DNA of 64,000 bases from positions 61,752,001 to 61,816,000 of the forward strand of contig OX597820.1 of assembly GCA_951406725.2 (NCBI GenBank), given 5' to 3'. A program made the position numbers and the translations under genes. The notes under the pieces were generated by a model. That model made no database searches. It was not told the origin of the DNA and worked only from the letters and a program-made list of their open reading frames with translations. The stretch is from Octopus vulgaris (lineage: Eukaryota). Below, piece after piece: positions 13,785 through 27,034 of this stretch (the stretch's first letter is position 1; every line of letters begins with the position of its first letter).

Positions 13785-14010
13785 TGTGTGTATATATTTG
13801 TGTGTCTGTGATTGTCCCCCCAACATCGCTTGACAACCGATGCTGGTGTGTTTACGTTCCCGTAACTTAGCGATTCGGCAAACGGGCCCGATAGAATAAG
13901 TACTAGGCTTACAAAGAATAAGTTCTGGGGTCGATTTACTCGACTAAAGGCGGTGCTCCAGCATGGCCACAGTCAAATGACTGAAACAAGTAAATGAGTA
14001 AATGAGTAAA
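13590..14010 (+). mobile_element. Near-full-length SINE family A (tRNA head, CORE-like segment, internal microsatellite, short tandem tail)
   Basis: tggctgtttggtaag...ggttccaggttcagtccc head; ggcaccttggg; internal (TATG)n; tail gactgaaacaagtaaatgagtaaatgag. Confidence 0.85.
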
Positions 14011-14127
14011 TTTTCATGCAACTGTTAGCCAACTGCAGTGGTTTGCAACAATACCTTAGCGATGAGGCGCCATTCCCGTGGCTGATAGCGATAACGCAAA
14101 ATTACGAATCCTACATCTTGTATAGTG

Positions 14128-14400
14128 AGTATGTATGGCCTAGTGGCCAGAGTGTTGCACTTACGATCTCGAGATCGTGGCTTCAATTCCTAGACCGGGT
14201 GTTGTGTTGTGTTATTGAGCAAAACACTTCATCTCACGTTGCTCGGCGATCACTTCAACACCTGAAGTGTGTTACACCGTCCCCCTGTTAAGGCAACGTC
14301 GATTTGATGGAGAGAGTGAACTAATACACAGCACATACATTTGATCAGTGTAAACAAATCATTTGTGTAGGTCGTTTGATAAAATCTGATCACTTAAACG
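14128..14400 (+). mobile_element. tRNA-derived SINE (head related to family C)
   Basis: tggcctagtgg A box, gcttcaattcc B box; ttgagcaaaacacttcatctcacgttgctc is shared with 61275-61535. Confidence 0.65.
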
Positions 14401-14564
14401 GGAGAGTCCAATGATAGTAGAGTCCATCATGGTAATTATCTTGGCCAAAATACAAACAACTATGCAACTAATCTGAAAGAAGAAAAAATTAATGCCGATA
14501 CTCTCATAACGTAGTTTATTTATGATAAATTTCCCACAGAACAGAAACCCATGACTGTAATATA

Positions 14565-15150
14565 GAAAAGGTGCTGCTACAACATTAAAATTATGCTAAA
14601 TGTTGCAGCGCACAAGAAAAATCATGGTAACAGGATAGCTGTTCGGTAATACTTTGGAATGGTCTTGAGTTCATAGGAGTGTGCCAGTTAAGAAAACTGA
14701 AGAGAAGACCCAGTTGGCTGTAATTCCAGCCCACATAACCAGTCAGCTACAGAGATTAGATTCAATCAATAAACCATTAAAAGGATTCATGCAGAAGTGA
14801 CATCAACAGGAAGATGGAAGAGTCCTACTATTTCACAACGTTTGTGAATGAGTGCAGAGTTCATGGAATGCTGCACAAGAAGAGGTAATTGAGAAACTAT
14901 TGATAAAAATAAGGAATTAATAATACTCTTGATAATATTGAGGATGATTGAAGTTAATTAGGAGATTGTCAGTTTAATTAGAGATAAAGTTTGAAGAAGT
15001 CATTGATAATCCTGTTTCTGATTCAGAGAATTCTAGTGATTAAGAGAGTACCAGTCATATGAATGACGACAACAGAAATGAGTTTCAGGCTCTGACGATG
15101 CTAATTTACTTTCAGAAGATGATTTTCTAGGTTTTGTGGATGAAGATTAA
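14565..15150 (+). pseudogene. Internally deleted pogo/Tigger-like transposase remnant
   Basis: Manual translation gives KRCCYNIKIMLNVAAHKKNHGNRIAVR (N-terminal HTH-like) and KTQLAVIPAHITSQLQRLD-SINKPLK (compare VIPGGLTSQLQPLDVSINKPFK), followed by an acidic tail. Confidence 0.55.
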
Positions 15151-15241
15151 ATAAACTTTTATGAGACTTTCTTTTACGGTTATTTTTACCGCTTGCTATG
15201 TACAGTAACCCGTGCTATTCTCTGAACCACCAGTTTGTATT

Positions 15242-15722
15242 ATAGGACCGTCAGATAATTCGTTCATATTTTTTTTCCTAATTTTCATTAATAGTTTTAA
15301 CGAATCAGTCACTAATATTTGTTTCTTCATTGCTTACGATATCTTGCAGACGTTCCATTTGCTTGTCAATGCTTTGACGGTAGAAATCACCAGGTCTTGG
15401 TTCGAAGAGTTCATCAAACCCTGTTTATAGCGCTACGTCGTTGCTGAAAGAAACGTCTCGCAGACTGTTGAAGAGCAACCGAAAAAGATAACAATCTAAA
15501 TTCAGGAGAATACGGTGGGTCCAACAGAGATTCCCAAACAAGTTTTCGAATAGCATTTTTGGTTAAATAGGCTGCGTGGAGGCGAACGATGTTGTGTTGA
15601 AGAGGATAACATTCTGGTATCTTATTCAAATTCCAAAAGCGATAAACAGAAGTTGTAGAAGCATAGAGCTTAAACACACACACACACACACACTCTCTCA
15701 CACACACACACACACACACTCA

Positions 15723-15789
<67 letters not shown>

Positions 15790-15877
15790 CAAACAAAAAA
15801 CACTAGGATAAAAATATTCTCCGCGTTAATTGAAATAACATTGGAAAGAAACGAAGCAATTTATCTGGCAACCCCAA
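15242..15877 (-). mobile_element. Decayed, internally deleted mariner element
   Basis: LQHNIVRLHAA...LVWESLLDPPYSPE resembles HDNARPH...LGWEVLxHPPYSPDL. Degenerate TIRs (gtcagataatt / atttatctggc). Interrupted by (CA)n. Confidence 0.7.
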
Positions 15878-16335
15878 AGAATGCTTGTTGTGTAATTTTA
15901 CTTTGTCTGCACGTATTACATCTATCTATAGCAATTCATTCAGATTTATTATTCTTTGGTGATTGTTTTGTGCCAGTTTTTACCAATATATTTGCTTTTG
16001 TTTGCATGTAGCAGGATTCATTGATACCAATCTATTTCTTTTTAACCATGACAAACTTAATATAGTTTCCTTTAAAGGTCAGTGTAAAGAGACCTTGTAT
16101 GATTTCACTCTGTATTCCACTATACTGTCCCAATATTGTACTTACATGAACAAAATCATATATTTCTCTCATAAAACCGTTTTAAAACATCTTTCAAAAA
16201 TTGCATTATGAGACACTCTAAAATCGATTTTTTTTTCCAGAAAATGTCCTCATAATGTAGGAGAGCGTCATATGCGGAAGCGCAACATATGCACTGATAA
16301 GACCAGACTATGTTTTGATAGATAGATATATTTGC

Positions 16336-16431
<96 letters not shown>

Positions 16432-16470
16432 GCCTAGCTGTCTGTCTGTCTCTCTGTCAATCTATCTAAA

Positions 16471-16586
16471 TACGAGGGGATGCTGGAAAGTTCTTGGCTT
16501 TGAGTAGAAGAAAATATAGAAGGATCAGTTAATCATAACTTTATTGAACATATTCTCCTCTCAGATTCAAACATTTATTGCAGCGG
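16471..16586 (-). mobile_element. Mariner 3' end fragment
   Basis: TA plus cgagggg TIR start; minus strand encodes RCNKCLNLRGEYVQ*, typical of a mariner C-terminus. Confidence 0.6.
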
Positions 16587-17044
16587 ATAGTTGGACCCCT
16601 AACAGGCGTTTCGGAAGCAGTATCCAACACGAGTCCCCACCAAAGTAAATAACACAACGTTCTATGTCCTAACATGACCTCCGCGCTAACTTGGAGATCA
16701 AGGTTATTATTTGGCATTAATACTGCATCAGTCGCTATTTAGTTTTTGATGAGCCCACTAGTAATTTACGACACCACTTATTGAAGAGTCTCTGAGATTC
16801 TATATATCGTTAACGGGAGATTCGACTTTCATCGTGCTGCTAGACATCTGTCACTGAGGAATTCATAGCAGGTTGAAATCATGTGATCTGGCTGTTCCGC
16901 CGTCGGTAGCAAACAATTATCGTCTGTCAAAGATATAATTACGTGTACTTTTTGCACTACAAATCCTTACGAAAGATCCTACGTAGGTAAGTAATGCAGT
17001 ATTCTGTGTTATACACCCACACCCACACAACCACACACACAGAC

Positions 17045-17645
17045 ACTTTACTAATAATGACAAGTTCTGATTTAGCTGGGTTAATAAGCCTACATTTAGG
17101 ATTGGATAGGAAGTTCTTTTTATGGTCTTTGATAGTAATAACGGCCTCTTTCTTGGGGAGGACCTCTATTTTTTAAAATCTAATTTAAGTCTAGCGGCGA
17201 TAACGCTAGCTTCTTTATTAATTTCATTATAGGTCTGTGGTCTAGCATTGATGATGCTGTTGTGTAGGAGTTGTGAATATTTTCTGTTTTCTACTAGGTA
17301 CAAGTTCTTGGTTTTATCGGAAAAAAGTGCCTTTTTTGGAGCTTTTTATGTAATTTATATCTTTTTTCAGTTTCTGTTGGAAAGTGCTAAAGGACTTACG
17401 AAATATTATTTGTTCATTAGCTTCAGTAGGTTTGCTTCGAAGTTTTCGAAGCCTTTGATCTTTGGAGGGAATTTCGTAAATTTTATACCATAGAATATAT
17501 TTCCTGTAGTGTCCACTTCCATGTCGTAAAAGAAAGTTTTCCATCTCATGCGCTTTATCAGGTCTGTACTTTTCTCCAAAAGTTTCTTAGAGTATAATTC
17601 TCTTGATGGTATAGGTATGTTTTTCATAGAATAATCGATGTAATA
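17045..17645 (-). pseudogene. Penelope-like element ORF N-terminal and RT-start fragment (frameshifted)
   Basis: YSMKNIPIPS...LIKRMRWKTFF...SDKTKNLY...ITIKDHKKNFLSNPKCRLINPAKSEL, motifs typical of invertebrate PLE reverse transcriptases. Confidence 0.8.
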
Positions 17646-17661
17646 GGCCTCCCCGATGACC

Positions 17662-17724
17662 TGATAACTGAAGAGATGGTGGCGTGGATTTCCACCTCGG
17701 CATCCGAAACTAAGAGTTTTATCA
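17662..17724 (+). ncRNA. Type-I hammerhead motif in an inverted pLTR at the 5' end of the PLE fragment
   Basis: tgataa CTGAAGA gatg..gtgg attt ccac..catcc GAAAC taaga GTT ttatca; 6-bp stem I, long imperfect stem II. Confidence 0.65.
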
Positions 17725-17742
17725 TGGCTACCGAATAATTGT

Positions 17743-17798
<56 letters not shown>

Positions 17799-17811
17799 GA
17801 TAATTATCATT

Positions 17812-18016
17812 AAACTGCAGCCATGCGGGGCCACTACCTTTGAAAATTTTAGTGGAACGAATCGACCCAAGTGCTTACTTTTTAAAGCACGGTACTATTG
17901 GAACAGCCAAGTAAGGGGGGCGTAAACACACCAACACCAGTTGTCAGGCTGAGGGACTGAACCTGGAGGCACGTGACTAGAAAGCAAACTCCTTACTACT
18001 AGCCATACTTGAGCCT
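17812..18016 (-). mobile_element. Degenerate SINE family A
   Basis: ctgcagccatgc, atcgacccaagtgcttac, cgtaaacacaccaacacc, gggactgaacc. Confidence 0.6.
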
Positions 18017-18047
18017 ACACACACACACGTGTGTGTGTATGTATGTA

Positions 18048-18094
<47 letters not shown>

Positions 18095-18160
18095 ATTAGA
18101 TGAACTGATGTAGTAATAAAAGTATTAAAATTCATTATTGTGAATTGTTAAAGAAATTTA

Positions 18161-18199
18161 AAAGCATACCGGTTTCGTAAAATTACTGATCACTGCTTT
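18161..18199 (-). ncRNA. Minimal hammerhead motif with G3-C8 swapped core
   Basis: Minus strand reads AAAGCA GUGAUCA GUA auuu UAC GAAAC cg GUA UGCUUU. It lies in a ~120-bp cassette bounded by (TA)n on both sides. Confidence 0.65.
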
Positions 18200-18209
18200 G
18201 AATATACAC

Positions 18210-18267
<58 letters not shown>

Positions 18268-18599
18268 AGTTCAACGCCACTATCATCATCCTCCCCACTA
18301 TCAACACCATCAAGTAATGATTCTCAAACCGATGGTGTGAGGTGAAGGCGGATCCAGACGGCTGGGAGTGATGGGTCTGTGAGGTCTGAAAAAGTGGACA
18401 AATTTCTATTATAATGAAACTGAGATGGTTTTGAACCCTCTAAACACGTCCAATACCGTAGTAGTAGTAGTAGTAGTGGTAGTAGTAGAGAGAGTGAAAG
18501 AGAGTCATAAGGAATTAAGTTCTGTTTTGTCCTCTAATAAATAAAGTATGGGAGGTGGAGAAATTTCACAAATATGTTTGGTGGTGGAGTTGTTATTAG

Positions 18600-19130
18600 T
18601 TAATATGTGTTGAACAATCATCATCAACAGCACCATCATTAATATAAGCACCATCACCATCAGTACAGGCACCGCCTCCATCACCGCCGCCGTCGTCGAC
18701 GCTGCCATCGTCGGCACCATGGTCAGCACCATCGTGGCCGGCACCTCTGTCGCCAGTGCTGCCGCCACTGTTGGACCCACCGCTGTTGCGCCACCACTGG
18801 TACTCCGCCACAGTTGCTGCCGCTACCGCTGCCGGCATCGCTGGGCCTGACGTCACCACCACCATCACCACCACCACGACGACCACCACCACGACGACCA
18901 CCACCACGACGACCACCACCACGACGACCACCACCACGACGACCACCACCACCACGACCACCACCACCACGACGACCACCACCACGACGACCACCGCCGC
19001 TGCCGCCGTCACCACCGCCGCTACCACCACCACCACCACCACCACCACCACCACCACCACATCATCTACAACAATAGCAAGACTATCTCTAAATTCATCG
19101 CCATCATCATCATCATCAGCACGACCAGCG
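18600..19130. repeat. GC-rich trinucleotide low-complexity tract with a 15-bp (accaccaccacgacg)n core
   Basis: Directly visible. Confidence 0.9.
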
Positions 19131-19378
19131 TATCCACTGTCGTCATCTCCACTACGATTAAATCTATTATCCGTGCAACCAATAAGAAAAATACATCTCT
19201 GCAATTGTACCATCAGCAGCCCCAGCGCCACCAGCACCATTGCCAGCAGAAGCAAAACAAACTGTACAACAACCTCTTTGTATCAGAGCAGTAAAATGAT
19301 GAGAGGGAGTCAAAGAGAAACGCGGAGGGAGAGTGTGAGAGAGAGCGAGACATATATATAGACAGACAGATAAATACA

Positions 19379-19445
<67 letters not shown>

Positions 19446-19669
19446 CGTACAGAGACGCATAGAAAGAGAGGAAAATATAGAGTAAGAGAGTAAAGGAGAA
19501 AAGAAAGCGAGAAATAGTAAAAGAGAGCCCGTCTTATCACAACCATTATTTCATTCGCTATCACAAATGAAATGAAATAAATCTGCAATGCGAATCTGCA
19601 GCTATAGACATTGGCTTCGTTTATATATATATATATTTAGATATATATGTGTATACATATATATGTGTG

Positions 19670-19741
<72 letters not shown>

Positions 19742-20045
19742 CATACACACATATGTATGTATACATACACACATATGTATAAAGATACACATACATGCAT
19801 ATGTGTGTGTATGCATGTAGGTATGTATATTTATACAAACACGCAATCACATGTATGTATGTATGTGTATGTATTAATCGTCTGCTTTATCAAGATGGCT
19901 GCCCCTATTCATTTTCACGTCAATTTCGAGCGGGAATATTGACGTTGCTGAACTGGAAAACACCATTTTTATTAATCTGAGTTAAGTTGTATATAGGTGG
20001 GGTTACGCACCTATAACCCGGTTTGATCGCAAGAGGGACTTCCTC

Positions 20046-20153
<108 letters not shown>

Positions 20154-20297
20154 TGTACACACACATACACGGAATACACACATGCCCATGCAAACACTAA
20201 CACACACTCGAACGCACACATAAATTTATGTTCGCGTAGATATAATACCAGAGTGGAGATAGATATTCTAATACGTATCTTTTATATCTACGTATAC

Positions 20298-20343
<46 letters not shown>

Positions 20344-20732
20344 AGTATGTCTATGCCAGTAATGATATCAATATTTTTGGCTGTAGATGTGCATGTAGTT
20401 CCTTGTATATCAATGTGCTAATATACATGTGTGTACATGAGCGTGAAAATGGGTAGAAATGAATACGGTGTGAGTTTTTGTATATATGTAACAGTGCGTA
20501 TGTAATTTGCTTGTTTGTATGGAAGGTGACGAATGAACAGAAAGAAGACTATAGACATTCAGAAACATATATATGTGCATGCATCTATGTATTGTGTATT
20601 CACGTATGTATGGACGAATAGATGGATATACCTACGTGGGTTTGTGTATGCATATTTATTATGTGCGTGTACATATGAATGTATGTGCGTACATGCGTAC
20701 ATGCGTACAAACATACATACATATACAAGCAC

Positions 20733-20787
<55 letters not shown>

Positions 20788-20840
20788 CATTCACATGCAT
20801 ACATATATTAATAGAAAAATTAATCATACCTACACTGCTC

Positions 20841-20893
<53 letters not shown>

Positions 20894-22390
20894 TTTTATA
20901 TAATTTCTGTCTACTAATCTCCGTAGAATTTTGCCAAGACATATCTACTTATATACAAATACATAAACTCATGTGTGCATAGAGATATGGTTACAGCCAT
21001 AAATACACGTATCTGCATGCATACATACAATCAGTCACGGTATTATAGAAACATATAAGTTATAGTAATGCGGAGCGCACCCTCACTTATAACATGAAAG
21101 ACTACTGGTGAAATGTTTCTGTCAAAAATTCTGTTAACTGTAGGCATTAAAATATTTTTCATGATTTGATGTAGCGAACATTAGCGTGTAGGGTAGTAAA
21201 ACTCGGTCGTTCAAGGGACGTCAACATAATATTTACGATAACAGAAAATGGAAACATCTATGCCCAACTAATGAGGTATATGTAGACACTGCATCTTGAT
21301 TATAACTTTATAGTTGTACTTGTAACTATCGGAGTATTTGGCTATGTAACTAAATGCCTCTGAACCAGTCTTGAGAAACGGGGCTTCACAAAACCAGGAA
21401 GGAGGTAGCTAATTACCATATTACTAGTAAGAACTTGAACTGTAAATATACGTAAAACAAATTATGGGTTGGTAGCGTTAAGGAGTGTTGTGTATAAATA
21501 CAAGGTTATTACCAGTTCAGATATACTTCGGGCATATTGGAACCCGTAAGAAAGCTATTTACTGTGTTATGTCATGGAGAAAATTGCTCGCTGTACACAA
21601 ATAGTATAAATGCGCCTAAAATCAGCTCGCAGTGTCACGTACCCAGACTGAGATGCAAACATTTCGGAGTGGCTAGCGTTGCCACTCCGCAATTTGTTTA
21701 CGATGAGCTGTCGATTAGCACTAATGGTCATTGTACGATGACAGGAATATCATAAGACAATCTCTTTTATCAGCACGCAGCGCACTCTGTCCGGTTTCTG
21801 GGACTGAAGAGGAGGTAACCACCACGAAATACTTGCATCTCACAGTCTGGGTAGGTGGCGAGCTGATATTAGGTGTATTTACACCATTTGTCTATAGTGA
21901 GAAATTTTCTCCATGGCAAATCACAGTGAATGGCATTTTTTTTAACGGATTCGAATATGCCCCAAGTATATTTCAATTGGTAACAACCTTGTACATATGT
22001 CAAACATTCTAGAAATTTAACCTATAGATATGTATATGGGTACACCCATGCCTCAAAAGAGGCAGATCCACTCATAGTTCAGAATGCTGGTATGTACACA
22101 AAAATAGGTGTGCGGTACGTACAAACATGATTACCAAGATGATATTGTCTAATGTCCATTTCTTTGTGTCTGGGTCGGAAAGCGTCTTCTTTCTGGGTGA
22201 GTAGTTTTAAAAATAAAACCAAACCATATACGAGCTAGAAGATAAGAGATAAATAACTATGTGGAAAAATAGATTGACGAAGGATTGAATTAGGAGGATT
22301 AGGTAGATGAATAGATTGTGGTTTATCTATGATTAATCTTTCTATTAATGCATGTAAGCATGCAAATGTGTGTGTGTGTGTATGTGTGCG

Positions 22391-22431
<41 letters not shown>

Positions 22432-22524
22432 CATACATGCATATATGCATACATGTATGCATGCATATATGCATACATGTATACACACACTTCGTATATT
22501 TACATACTAATGCAAACATATTCC

Positions 22525-23075
<551 letters not shown>

Positions 23076-23420
23076 TCATATATTATTGTAAGAGAAAATT
23101 AAACACAGAGGGGGTGGGTGGCACACAGTATGTGATTGAGATTCGATGAGAGAGTGAAAGAGAGAGAGAGCGAGACGAAGCCCAAACCATAGAGAGCGAG
23201 CAAAAGAGGGAGGGAGAGAAAGAGATAAGAGAGATAAATAGAAAGGTGAATCAATAGATGATAAGAAATCTAGCTGAGAGATGTGTAGCGGCGAAACACG
23301 ATGTGAAAGGATGACAGAATGAAATAGAGATACCAGGATAGATAGATAAATGGATAGATAACGTATTGAGAAGCTAGAAAGACGGACAGAAGGACAGATA
23401 AATAGGCTGTAATTGTTTAA

Positions 23421-23684
23421 ATATAAAAAAATAAATGCGCCCTTTTTAAAGCCTAACCAGGCTCATGGGCCCGGTTTCCCAGTTTCTATGACGTATGTGT
23501 TACCCAGTTGGACAGGACGCCAGTCCATCGCAGCATTACTCATTTTCGCCAGCAGAGTGGACTGGAGCAACGTGAAATGAAGTGTTTTGCTCAAGAACAT
23601 AACGCGTCGCCCGGTCCAGGAATTGGAACCACAATCTTAAGATCATGGTGCTGACACCCTAACCACTAAGCCACGCGCCTCCAC
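23421..23684 (-). mobile_element. tRNA-derived SINE family C (V-domain-like) with 13-bp TSD
   Basis: Head gtggaggcgcgtggcttagtgg; ctgcgatggactggcgtcctgtcca segment; TSD tgtaattgtttaa at 23408-23420 and 23685-23697. Confidence 0.9.
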
Positions 23685-23699
23685 TGTAATTGTTTAACC

Positions 23700-24040
23700 C
23701 GAAGTTAATCCTGACTGAGCAGGACTTAGATGAAATACTTTCTTGCCACAATCATCTCGTCTTGTTAGATATCTAGGACGGCACTTTGAGTCAAAGACAA
23801 ACAGCAAGTGACCGTTGAAGCGTTCTTGTAATTTAGTCTCAGGTTAGTTTTAGTAGAGCAGACCTATGATCAAACATAATCCAGCTATGACCATCCCGTT
23901 GTTACAGACATAGTATATCTTGGAGTACATTATACAGTATGTCCTTTCCGATTTTGAAAGATGGTAGGGCGAGATTTGAGAGGGATCTGACTGCTATTTG
24001 TTGCAGCTTGGATGACTCCATAGAAGTTTTCTCATTGGGC
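23700..24040. repeat. Interspersed repeat (gagcagacctatgatcaaa...gctgctattt family)
   Basis: Degenerate relatives at about 5100-5540, 8010-8110 and 53150-53190. Confidence 0.55.
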
Positions 24041-24529
24041 TGATAGCTACATTGATAGGTATTGTATTGATGACGGCTTTTGAGCTAGAAACACGTATTC
24101 ATGCTTGCTCTCTTATCTCCAAATAATAAGCCTATCATTTTCCTTTATGACATGCCAAATTTGGAAAAATCTTGAATCTTGAAATTATCGCCCCTTCACG
24201 TATGGAGCTCGTCTTAACTGACATTTTGTAATTATGATATAGTCTCTAGAAGCAGAAATAATTCTAAGAAATTAATAATATATGTTGTATGGTATTTGAA
24301 ATACTTGCATTTGCTTAGGGACATAACTAGATAAATAAACAAACAGATAAATAAATAGGAAGAACAATAGGAAGGCAGAACGATAAGGAGGTAGATACGT
24401 AGATAGTTGAATATGTAGAACGATTGGTTGGTGAAAATAAGGACAATGTGCGAGAGAGTACGTGGAAAAGAGTATGGGTGGAATTTCAATGGAAAGAAGT
24501 AAGAATTCATTTTGTATATTGAGTCAACA

Positions 24530-24950
24530 CCAAACCAGAGCTAGTACTTATATTATTCTATCGATCGCAAAGAGCTGAGAAAGAAAAAAAAAGCAAATGC
24601 AACTTCAGCTTGATTTGAACTCAACATATATATAAAAATGGGGTTTAGCTAAACATTATAACGAATTCAGTTCGGTATTCTACCGATATTGCCACTCCGC
24701 TATGAAAGCGCGTTAGGATTTTTAACATGTACTACAAAGCGTTGTCATACTTGGGAGATAAGGAAGAGGAGGAGGAGGAGGCATTCGATTGACCAGACCC
24801 CAGTAAATAACTGGTATTATTTTACTGGCCCCATTGATATGAAAGATAAAGTTGATCTCAAGATTGATGTTTGAACTGAGAACATAAAAAGGATATGAAT
24901 AAATACAGTATGACTTTTCATCCACAACATTATCAATTCTGCCTATTCAT
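24530..24950 (-). mobile_element. Degenerate Meta-domain SINE (family B) fragments
   Basis: Motifs tttgaactca, gaaagataaagttgatctc and ctggtattatttt are shared with family B. Similar clusters lie at about 25630-25980, 29520-30100, 31345-31480 and 53880-54070. Confidence 0.55.
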
Positions 24951-25403
24951 TCAGAGCATAGTAGAAACTCCTATATGAATAATAAGGCAAAGGTCACTGT
25001 AGTACTACAAATGGACGTTTGGTGAGGAAAGTCTTTTGGTTTGGTCTCTTAGTTAAAGCCATTAAACGTCTTTGATATTGTCATATAGTCAGAGTTGTTA
25101 CAATTTCCCGTTCTGCACTCTTTCTTGAAAATCTGTCTTTGTGCATGCTTAAATAGTAATTTATTAATTAAACAAAAGAAACAAGATAGAAAGAAAGAGA
25201 TAGAATGAGAAAGAGAGGCGAGAGCGGTGGAGAGAGAAGGGAGAGAAAGAGAGGGAAAGAAAGAATGAGAAAGTAAGCGAGAGAGGGAGAAGAGAAATAA
25301 GGAAAAATAGTGGGAGAGAGGGGTAGAGAGAGAAAAAAACTAGTGAGAAAATAAGAGTAGAAGGGATGAAAAGAGAAAGAACGAGTAAGAAAGTAAGCGA
25401 CAG

Positions 25404-25462
<59 letters not shown>

Positions 25463-25994
25463 ATGTTAGTCCGGTGAGACAGTTGATGCAGCACGTTTGC
25501 AATACTTTACATACTGACTTTAAAGCTTATAGTTCTGTTAAAGGCAAGTCTGGCGTGTTAACAGACATTGTTGCTTGGAATGTGGTGCAAGATAATCCCA
25601 ACACCAAGTATTCGGTGTTAATAAAATAATAGTTTCTAATCTGAGTACAAATTTTCTGAGAAGGGAGTAGTTGATTGAATCGGTTCCTGTCCTAAATTAG
25701 TACTTCATTTTATCGACCCCAACCAGCTGAACGGCAAAGTTATTCTCGATGGAATTTGAATTCAGATTTTAAGAGTCCGGAACAAATAGAACAAAGTATT
25801 TTTCCAGATGCTCTAGGGATGCTGTCAATCTACTATCTAAAACAAAGAAAGCATAGGCACAAAGGGGCCTAGTCGAAGTAATCGGCTCCAGCACTTGATT
25901 GGCACTTATTTTATCGACCGAAAAAAATGAGAAACAAAGTTGATCTTTAATACCGGCGGAATTTGAACTCAGGACATAAAAGGACTCATCAGTT

Positions 25995-26880
25995 AGCCTT
26001 ATGCAATCCAGATCTGCACTCAAGATGGCGTTCCAGTCGCTCACTATCACTAAAGAGCGAGATGTTCTTGTGGAAACCTCCAAACACTTGAAAATATACG
26101 CTCATCCGTTCCCTTCGCTACTTTTCACACCCAGGACCGCAAATATCAATCGTATATCGAGGTCCTGGTCTTTCAGAAATAGCAACGTCTCCCTATTCCG
26201 GGCCTAATAAGAGATGTGAAGATCGTGAAGTTGCAAAAAATGTGTGCTAATGTGCGCATGACAAAAATCCCAATGTCACCGATGACTATCAAATCCAAAG
26301 TAACATGAGATCATTGAGCAGGCAACCCTGCATCCATGGTGACCCTGGGCTATGTGCCACTCGCAGAGCTGTCATGATAGCAGAAAAGAAAGAGAAGAAA
26401 ACAAAAGGATTACTTACTCATTTGGTGGTCCCAGAAATCATGTACCTCGGTCTCGTTGAAAATTCGAGGCACCTTTCAGAAGAGCTTTTGATGCCTACTG
26501 TTGGTCCGTGTGCTTGAGCTTTCTACAATATTGGGAAATTTCCCCGCAGTATTTTGTATGTTTCAAAGTTTAGCCATATTATTTTCATTTTTTTTTGCAA
26601 TTTGAAAGTGTTGGAACTGACGACTTCTCCCTCTATTTCAATGTTCTTTTTTTGTGCAATTAAGAACATCAGTTTTCTATTTGTGCTTCTTATAAGCGTA
26701 AAGTGTGGGGTTAGCTTTATTTTGTTGATGATATTGTGCTTATGTCTCAGTCTCCTCGTGTGTTTTTGTTTTTTCGACGTTGAGTGGTGGTGGTGGAGGA
26801 GCTGTGGATTTTCATATTTCCTATGGGTATTTTCGAGAACGGGTGTAGCGGTTTAAAATCTCTTCCAGAAATTTCAATAG
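25995..26880 (-). pseudogene. Decayed Tx1/L1-type LINE fragment (probable ORF1 part and AP-endonuclease start)
   Basis: TSRSLVIVSDWNAILSADLD resembles the APE LxxxGDFNxxL motif; QGCLLNDL lies upstream; heavily disrupted. Confidence 0.4.
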
Positions 26881-27034
26881 ACATAGTTAAACATTTTTTT
26901 TATTTAAGCAACAAAAATCTTTCTCTTAAGCGTGACACGCGTGAGGTACGTACAAAAAACAAATTTGCGTTTCTAATATTATTGATGATAATAATAAATA
27001 TCCATTTTAAATGAGATCATTGATATTTGGATCT

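Noticed and set aside
18505-19361. GC-rich Thr/Pro/Ala ORFs resembling a mucin or extensin
   Set aside because: Degenerate (ACC/GCC/ACG)n repeat open in multiple frames, with no splice or domain evidence.
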